Shown here: in pieces, positions 56,999 through 64,000 of the stretch
How positions within the stretch are numbered: position 1 is the first letter of the stretch
How the letters are laid out: every line of letters starts with the position of its first letter
Source: an uncultured delta proteobacterium
GTDB taxonomy: Bacteria > Myxococcota > Myxococcia > Myxococcales > Anaeromyxobacteraceae
Length of the DNA: 64,000 bases
Assembly (NCBI GenBank): GCA_963814585.1
Contig: CAWFDF010000010.1
Location: forward strand, 32,001-96,000
Direction: 5' to 3'
Translations under genes and position numbers: made by a program
Notes under the pieces: generated by a model
The model's input: only the letters and a program-made list of their open reading frames with translations
What the model was told of the DNA's origin: nothing
Databases searched by the model: none

Positions 56999-57301
56999 TT
57001 ATCCCTGGCTCTCCTGCGCCACCGGCTTGCGGGCCCCCGCGCCGGTGAGGACGCCGACGGCCGCGCCGGCGACGGCGCCGAGGACGGCGAAGAGCGAGGC
57101 GATGCCGGTGACGCCGAGCACCATGCCGAAGATGATGAGCCCCTTCACCAGGAAGGTGGGCTGGACCGGCGTGCCGACGATGCCGCCGGCCAGCAGCAGG
57201 CCCGCGTAGCCGCCGTAGAGGATGGCGGGGAGCAGCGCGACGGCGAGGAAGAGGGCGAGACCGATGCCGGCGCCGATGAGGCTGGGGAGCTTGCTCTGCA
57301 T
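56999..57301 (-). CDS. 100-aa hydrophobic membrane protein
   Basis: SD AAGGAG; MQSKLPSLIGAGIGLALFLAVALLPAILYGGYAG.. Confidence 0.75.
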   Translation of the reverse strand: MQSKLPSLIGAGIGLALFLAVALLPAILYGGYAGLLLAGGIVGTPVQPTFLVKGLIIFGMVLGVTGIASLFAVLGAVAGAAVGVLTGAGARKPVAQESQG

Positions 57302-57370
57302 GGTGTTCTCCTTGAGGAAGGTCAGGGGTTGGAGGGTCCCGGACATCGCGTCGTCCGTGCTCCTTCCTCT

Positions 57371-57387
57371 TTGCAGGGGCCTTGCCA
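57371..57387 (-). promoter_or_regulatory. Sigma54-type promoter
   Basis: Minus strand TGGCAAG-gccc-CTGCAA; upstream palindrome GTCGG-N6-CCGAC at 57430-57445 may be an activator site. Confidence 0.55.
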
Positions 57388-57558
57388 AGGCGCCCGGAGC
57401 CTGAGAACGGGGGGTTGCGGAGGTGGGATGTCGGGAAACGCCGACGGGGTTCCGGGCGGGGGGACGCAGCGGCCGCGGTGAAGGCGCCTCCCCTTGCCGT
57501 CGACGGAGGGCGCCGCGCGAGCCTGGTGCGACGGGGGCGGTGCGACGGGGCGGAGCGA

Positions 57559-58689
<1,131 letters not shown>

Positions 58690-58735
58690 TCACGGTGGCC
58701 TCCGGCGGGGCCGTCCCGCCCCCGCGAAATGGCGA

Positions 58736-58760
58736 GGGCCGGTCCGCGACGGACCGGCCC
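58736..58760 (-). terminator. Hairpin after rplI
   Basis: Perfect 11-bp stem GGGCCGGTCCG-cga-CGGACCGGCCC. Confidence 0.6.
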
Positions 58761-58789
58761 CCCTGTCCAGCAGCGGCTCGGGCGAAGGT

Positions 58790-59236
58790 TCAGGCCTCGG
58801 CCTCCACCTTGACCCTGGCCTTGCCGACCACCTCGTGGTGCAGCTTCACCGGCACCTCGAAGGCGCCGAGCGTCTTGATGGGCTCGGCGAGGTCGATGGA
58901 GCGGCGGTCGAGTTGCAGGCCGCGAGCGGCCAGCGCCTCGGCGATGTCGCTGGCTGTGACCGAGCCGAACAGCTTGTCCTGCTCGCCGGCCTTCCGCTTC
59001 AGCACCACCGGGGTCTCGGCGAGCCGCTTGGCGACCGCCTCGGCCGAGGCCTTGAGCTTGGCCGCCTTGGCGGAGGCCACCGACTTCTGGTGCTCCAGCT
59101 CACGCACGTTCTTGGTGTTGGCCACCACCGCCAGCCCCCGGGGGAGCAGGAAGTTCCGGCCGTAGCCGGGCTTGACGTCGACGAGGTCGCCGCCCTTGCC
59201 CAGGTTCTCCACGTCTTCGCGAAGGATGAGCTTCAT
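58790..59236 (-). CDS. rplI: 50S ribosomal protein L9
   Basis: [39 protein letters not shown]. Confidence 0.97.
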   Translation of the reverse strand: MKLILREDVENLGKGGDLVDVKPGYGRNFLLPRGLAVVANTKNVRELEHQKSVASAKAAKLKASAEAVAKRLAETPVVLKRKAGEQDKLFGSVTASDIAEALAARGLQLDRRSIDLAEPIKTLGAFEVPVKLHHEVVGKARVKVEAEA

Positions 59237-59245
59237 GGCGGCCTC

Positions 59246-59662
59246 CTACGGCGTCCCCGCCGCGTAGGGCAGGATGGCGAGCATGCGGGCGCGCTTGATG
59301 GCCGTGGCGATCTCGCGCTGGTGCTTGGCGCAGTTCCCGCTGATGCGGCGGGGGATGATCTTGCCGCGCTCGGTGAGGAAGTACTTGAGCGCCTGCTGGT
59401 CCTTGTAGTCGACCTGGAGGGCCTTGTCGGCGCAGAACCGGCAGACCTTGCGCCGGCCGAAGCCGCGGCCACGGCCGCCGTCCTCGCCGCCGCGGTCACC
59501 GTGCTCGCCGCGCTCCTCGCGGTCGCCGCCGCGGCCGCCGCCGAAGGACTTGCCCCCGCCGCCGTAGCCGCCGCCGCCACCACCGCCGTAGCCGCCTCCG
59601 CCTCCGCCGCCGTAGCCACCACCGCCGCCGAAGGACTTCCCACCACTGTCAGGACGGGCCAT
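59246..59662 (-). CDS. rpsR: 30S ribosomal protein S18 with Gly/Tyr-rich N-terminal extension
   Basis: [31 protein letters not shown]. Confidence 0.96.
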   Translation of the reverse strand: MARPDSGGKSFGGGGGYGGGGGGGYGGGGGGGYGGGGKSFGGGRGGDREERGEHGDRGGEDGGRGRGFGRRKVCRFCADKALQVDYKDQQALKYFLTERGKIIPRRISGNCAKHQREIATAIKRARMLAILPYAAGTP

Positions 59663-59665
59663 GGC

Positions 59666-60118
59666 TTACTCCTCCCCTCGCTCGAAGTTCTCGGCCTCGA
59701 AGCCCTCGTCGCGCTCGCCGAAGGTGCGCTCCTCGCGCGGCTTCGGCTCGTCCTCGACGGGCTGGATCTTGACGTCGGCCTCGACCTGCCGGGCGTCGAA
59801 GTCGACGTCCTCGGCGATCTTGACCGACTGGAACTTGGTGACGAGGTCGATCATGCGCAGGTTGCGCTCGAGCTCGGCCACCAGTCCGGCCTTCCCCAGG
59901 TAGAGGCACTGCATGTAGAGGGCGCGCCCGGTCTTGGCCACCGGGAAGGCGGTCTTCCGCTTCCCCTGGTTGGTGAACCGGATCACCTTCCCGCCCTCGC
60001 GGTTGACCACCCCACGGAGGCGCTCCTTGATCTCCTCCACCTGGTCGTCAGGCGTCTCCGCCTTGAGCAGGTAGACCGTCTCGTACTCACGGACGAGACG
60101 CTTCGTCGCTTCGGCCAT
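59666..60118 (-). CDS. rpsF: 30S ribosomal protein S6
   Basis: REYETVYLL..GG....G.RK.AFP..ELERNL; synteny with rpsR and rplI. Confidence 0.95.
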   Translation of the reverse strand: MAEATKRLVREYETVYLLKAETPDDQVEEIKERLRGVVNREGGKVIRFTNQGKRKTAFPVAKTGRALYMQCLYLGKAGLVAELERNLRMIDLVTKFQSVKIAEDVDFDARQVEADVKIQPVEDEPKPREERTFGERDEGFEAENFERGEE

Positions 60119-60123
60119 CGGTA

Positions 60124-60165
60124 CTCCCCTCGGATTCACAGCGGCGGTTCACCCGCCGCGAGGAG
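60124..60165 (-). ncRNA. S6:S18 ribosomal leader motif (cis-regulatory)
   Basis: Minus strand CTCCTC-GCGGCGG-gtgaa-CCGCCGC-tgtgaat-CCG-AGGGGAG: stem pairing the SD with an internal-loop CCG just before the rpsF start. Confidence 0.6.
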
Positions 60166-60222
60166 CCAGCTGTTCACGCGTCCCGGGTGCACCATGCACC
60201 CGGCGCCGCGCCCTGCCTGCTG

Positions 60223-60798
60223 CTACGCCGGCTCGCGCCGGCGGTTCACCTGGTTCATCGCCTTCGACGCACCCAGCTCACAGGTGAGCCGGGTCGCCTC
60301 CGCCGCCCACGCCACGCAGCCTTCCAGCGCCGCGTCGTCGGCCCGGGGGAAGCGGCCGAGCACGTAGTCGGCCGGGTCCACCTGGTCTGGCGGGCGCCCC
60401 ACGCCGACGCGCACTCGCGCGTAGTCGGGAGAGCCCACATGGGCGTTCACGCTCCTCAGTCCGTTGTGCCCGCCGTGGCCACCGCCGACCTTGAGCTGGA
60501 CCCGGAACGGCTCCAGCTCCATGTCGTCGTGGACCACCACGAGGTCGTCCAGCTGCAGCTTCCAGAACTTCAAGGCCGGCCCGACCGCCTCGCCGGAGTG
60601 GTTCATGAAGCCCTGAGGCTTCATGATCCAGATCCGCTCGCCGCCGGACCGGGCCTCGGCCAGCTCCGCCCCGAACTTCTCGGAGGCGAAGCGGGCCCCG
60701 AGGTGACCCGCCAGGTGGTCGGCCACCAGCCAGCCGACGTTGTGGCGGGTCCGCGCGTAGGCGTCCCCGGGGTTGCCGAGTGCGACGACGAGCTTCAC
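60223..60798 (-). CDS. pth: Peptidyl-tRNA hydrolase
   Basis: [37 protein letters not shown]. Confidence 0.96.
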   Translation of the reverse strand: MKLVVALGNPGDAYARTRHNVGWLVADHLAGHLGARFASEKFGAELAEARSGGERIWIMKPQGFMNHSGEAVGPALKFWKLQLDDLVVVHDDMELEPFRVQLKVGGGHGGHNGLRSVNAHVGSPDYARVRVGVGRPPDQVDPADYVLGRFPRADDAALEGCVAWAAEATRLTCELGASKAMNQVNRRREPA

Positions 60799-60803
60799 GA
60801 GCG

Positions 60804-61553
60804 CTACTTCTTCTTCTCGCCGCCCTTGGCCGCCGGGGCCGCCGCCGGAGCGGCGCCCTTGGCGCCCGCCGCCGGAGCCGCGCCGGCCGCCGGAGCCGCA
60901 GCCGCGGCGCCAGGGGCACCTGGAGCGCCCGGTGCGCCAGCCACCGGAGCCGCGCCCTCCACGCCCGGAACGGCCGCCACCGCGGCGACGACCTCCTCCT
61001 TCTCGGGGATGGCGACGAAGGCGATGACGATGTCGGACTGGTAGACGAACGAGCAGCCCTCGGGGGCCTTCAGCTCGGAGATGTGGATCGAGGCGCCGAT
61101 CTTGAGGTCGGTGACGTCGACGTCGATCTTGAGCGGGATCTTGGTGGGCAGCGCCTTGACCACGATGTCGTGGGTGGCGACCGAGAGGATGCCGCCCTCG
61201 GCGGCGCCGATGGCCTTGCCGACGATGGCGACCGGGACCTCGACCTTGACCGGCTCGTCGAGGCTCACCTCGAGGAAGTCGGCGTGGAGGAGCCGGCGGG
61301 TCACCGGATCGACCTGGTAGTCCTTGAAGAGCACGAAGCTCTCGCCGCCGGCCACCTGGAGGGTGAGGAGCGTGTTGAACTTGTGCGGGGTCTCGATGGC
61401 CTTGAGCAGGAAGGCCGGATCGAGAGAGAGGTGCTTGGGCTCTCCCTTGCGGCCGTAGACCACGGCGGGGATGAGGCCCTTCTGGCGGAGCCGCCGGGCC
61501 GGGCCCTTGCCCTTGCCTTCACGCTGCTCCGCGTTGAGTACGATCTTCTCCAT
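60804..61553 (-). CDS. rplY: 50S ribosomal protein L25 / Ctc
   Basis: [34 protein letters not shown]; Ala-rich tail. Confidence 0.95.
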   Translation of the reverse strand: MEKIVLNAEQREGKGKGPARRLRQKGLIPAVVYGRKGEPKHLSLDPAFLLKAIETPHKFNTLLTLQVAGGESFVLFKDYQVDPVTRRLLHADFLEVSLDEPVKVEVPVAIVGKAIGAAEGGILSVATHDIVVKALPTKIPLKIDVDVTDLKIGASIHISELKAPEGCSFVYQSDIVIAFVAIPEKEEVVAAVAAVPGVEGAAPVAGAPGAPGAPGAAAAAPAAGAAPAAGAKGAAPAAAPAAKGGEKKK

Positions 61554-61768
61554 GGTGCCTCCCAATGGACTCGTGCCGGCCGCATGATCGGCTCGGGCGA
61601 GGGGCGACGCCTGGCGGCGGCGGCCCTGGGTTGGTGTCGAGAAGGAGCCCGGTGATCTGGAACCCCAAGGAAGGCGGGTGATTACCCGATCCAGGGGTGT
61701 GGGGTCAAGGGCCTGACCATTTCCGGAGCCCCTCGCTTCGTGATTTGCTGATAAGCCGTCTCCCCGCC

Positions 61769-63787
61769 ATGGCTTCTCCCGACCCCCCGGCAGCCGTCGA
61801 TGCCAAGGCCGCTGCACCGGCGGCCCAGGACGCGCTGATCCAGACCCGCAGCGACCTCCCGGCCGTCGCCGAGGCGCTGCACGCCCCGGAGGATCACGCC
61901 CGGGCCGCGCCCCACGGCGGCGCGCTGGCGGCGCTGGCGCTCGGGGCGCTGGGGGTGGTCTACGGCGACATCGGCACCAGCCCGCTCTACGCGCTGAAGG
62001 AGTGCTTCACCGGCGCGCACGGCGTCGACCCGACGCCGTCGAACGTGCTCGGCGTCCTCTCGCTGGTCTTCTGGGCCATGACCTTCGTGGTCACGTTCAA
62101 GTACCTGTCCTTCGTCATGCGCGCCGACAACCGGGGCGAGGGCGGCATCCTGGCCCTGCAGGCGCTGGTCTCGCGCAAGGATCCCAACCGGCGCGGCCGC
62201 AAGGTGCTCCTGCTGCTCGGCCTCTTCGGCGCCGCGCTGCTCTACGGCGACGGCGTCATCACCCCGGCCATCTCGGTCCTCTCCGCGGTGGAGGGCGTGG
62301 CGGTGGCGGCCCCGGCCCTGACCCCGCTGGTGGTGCCGCTCACCGTGCTCCTCCTGGCCGGACTCTTCCTCCTCCAGCGCTCCGGAACGGCGCGGGTCGG
62401 GTCGATCTTCGGCCCGGTCATGCTGGTCTGGTTCGCCACCATCGGGGCGCTGGGCGTCCACGGCATCCTGCAGGACCCCTCGGTGCTGGCCGCGGTCAAC
62501 CCCCTCCACGGCATCCGCTTCTTCGGGCAGAACGGCGGGCACGGCTTCCTGGTGCTGGGCGCGGTGGTCCTCTGCATCACCGGCGGCGAGGCGCTCTACG
62601 CCGACATGGGCCACTTCGGGAAGCGCCCCATCCGCCTCGCCTGGCTCGGGCTGGCCATGCCGGCGCTGATCCTCAACTACTTCGGGCAGGGCGCGCTGCT
62701 GCTCCACGAGCCCGCGGCGCGCGAGAACCCCTTCTTCCTGCTGGCCCCCTCCTGGGCCATCTACCCGCTCATCGGCATCGCCACCATGGCCACCATCGTG
62801 GCCTCCCAGGCGCTCATCTCGGGCGCCTTCTCGCTGACCCACCAGGCGGTGCAGCTCGGCTACTGCCCACGCATCACCGTGAGGCACACCTCGAGCACCG
62901 AGATCGGCCAGATCTACGTGCCGGAGGTGAACTGGGCCATCGGGAGCGCCTGCATCGCGCTGGTGCTCGGCTTCAAGAGCTCGTCCAACCTGGCCGCCGC
63001 CTACGGCATCGCCGTCACCGGGACCATGGCCATCACCACGCTGCTCTTCCACCGCGTCATGCGCGACCTGTGGAGCTGGCCGCGCTGGAAGACCTGGCCG
63101 CTCACCGTGGCCTTCCTGGCGGTGGACCTCTCCTTCTTCGGCGCCAACATCGTGAAGTTCGAGGAGGGAGGCTGGGTCCCCATCGTCTCGGCCATCGCGG
63201 TCTTCACGCTCATGTCGACCTGGAAGCAGGGGCGCACGGTGCTGGGCGCCATGCTGCGCGACGCCGGCCTTCCGCTCGAGCTCTTCCTCGCCGACGTGGT
63301 GCGCCGCCAGCCGGTGCGCATCCCCGGGACGGCGGTCTTCATGACCTCCAACCTGGGCAGCGCCCCGCCGGTGATGCTCCACCACGTCAAGCACAACAAG
63401 GTGCTCCACGAGCGGATCATCCTGGTCTCGGTGCTCACCGAGGAGGTGCCGGCGGTGCCCGAGACCGAGCGGGTGGTGGCCCGTGACCTGGGGAGCGGCT
63501 TCTTCCAGGTGGTGGCGCACTACGGCTTCATGGAGCAGCCCAACATCCCGTCCCTGCTCGAGTCGCTGGCCACGCGCGAGGGGGCGGGGACCCGGCTGGA
63601 GGTGAAGCCGCTGGAGGTCTCCTACTACCTGGGGCGAGAGACGCTGCTCTCCACCGGCACGGCGAAGCTGGCCACCTGGCGCAAGAAGCTCTTCATCGTC
63701 ATGTCGCGCAACTCGGCGACGGCCAGCGCCTTCTTCGGGCTGCCGCCCAACCGCGTGGTCGAGCTGGGGGCGCAGATCCAGCTGTAG
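61769..63787 (+). CDS. kup: KUP/HAK/KT potassium transporter
   Basis: LGVVYGDIGTSPLYAL, ADNRGEGG, TGGEALYADMGHFG, GQIYVP, YYLGRE. Confidence 0.96.
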   Translation: MASPDPPAAVDAKAAAPAAQDALIQTRSDLPAVAEALHAPEDHARAAPHGGALAALALGALGVVYGDIGTSPLYALKECFTGAHGVDPTPSNVLGVLSLVFWAMTFVVTFKYLSFVMRADNRGEGGILALQALVSRKDPNRRGRKVLLLLGLFGAALLYGDGVITPAISVLSAVEGVAVAAPALTPLVVPLTVLLLAGLFLLQRSGTARVGSIFGPVMLVWFATIGALGVHGILQDPSVLAAVNPLHGIRFFGQNGGHGFLVLGAVVLCITGGEALYADMGHFGKRPIRLAWLGLAMPALILNYFGQGALLLHEPAARENPFFLLAPSWAIYPLIGIATMATIVASQALISGAFSLTHQAVQLGYCPRITVRHTSSTEIGQIYVPEVNWAIGSACIALVLGFKSSSNLAAAYGIAVTGTMAITTLLFHRVMRDLWSWPRWKTWPLTVAFLAVDLSFFGANIVKFEEGGWVPIVSAIAVFTLMSTWKQGRTVLGAMLRDAGLPLELFLADVVRRQPVRIPGTAVFMTSNLGSAPPVMLHHVKHNKVLHERIILVSVLTEEVPAVPETERVVARDLGSGFFQVVAHYGFMEQPNIPSLLESLATREGAGTRLEVKPLEVSYYLGRETLLSTGTAKLATWRKKLFIVMSRNSATASAFFGLPPNRVVELGAQIQL

Positions 63788-64000
63788 GTCGAGGCCACGC
63801 CCGCCCGTCGCCGGAGCGCGGTCGCTCTCGCGGCGTCGCCGCCCTCCGCTCCGGGACGCGGTCGCCCCCGCCGGCTCGTCGCGCCTGCGGCGCGCCGTCT
63901 CGCCAGCAGCGAGTCCGCTCGGCCGGGCGCTGCTGGGGCTGCGACGCTCGCCTGCGGGGTGACCGCGCCCCTGCGCATCGGGCTGCCAGGTGGGCGTCGC

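Noticed and set aside
63790..64000. GC-rich hairpins after kup (e.g. CGCGCC-tgc-GGCGCG)
   Set aside because: Cut off at the window edge with no second copy; cannot tell a repeat from a gene end.

Overview
High-GC bacterial chromosome segment. Gene content and style point to Myxococcota, probably Anaeromyxobacter-like (inference, not database-verified). It holds about 52 CDS, mostly housekeeping or metabolic: metH, lolA, rimO, yajQ, rnj, uvrD/pcrA, pabB-pabC fusion, add, ogt, glgC, argG, mreB, rplY-pth-rpsF-rpsR-rplI and kup. No tRNA, rRNA or CRISPR array was seen. Notable items: (1) an archease-rtcB RNA-repair pair followed by a cNMP-binding/transglutaminase-fold fusion and a Nudix hydrolase; (2) a dispersed structured element with long terminal inverted repeats, present twice (21340-21514 and 43945-44057) with compensatory stem changes; (3) a RAYT-type HUH tyrosine transposase with inverted REP-like hairpins on both sides and a sigma54-type promoter; (4) an FNR/CRP-box-controlled CbcL-like cytochrome beside a 12-heme cytochrome coupled to a sigma54 two-component system; (5) about 10 same-direction frameshifts confined to the agmatine deiminase/amidase pair, probably an assembly artefact; (6) many apparently leaderless genes, including a 30-aa ORF absent from the supplied ORF track.
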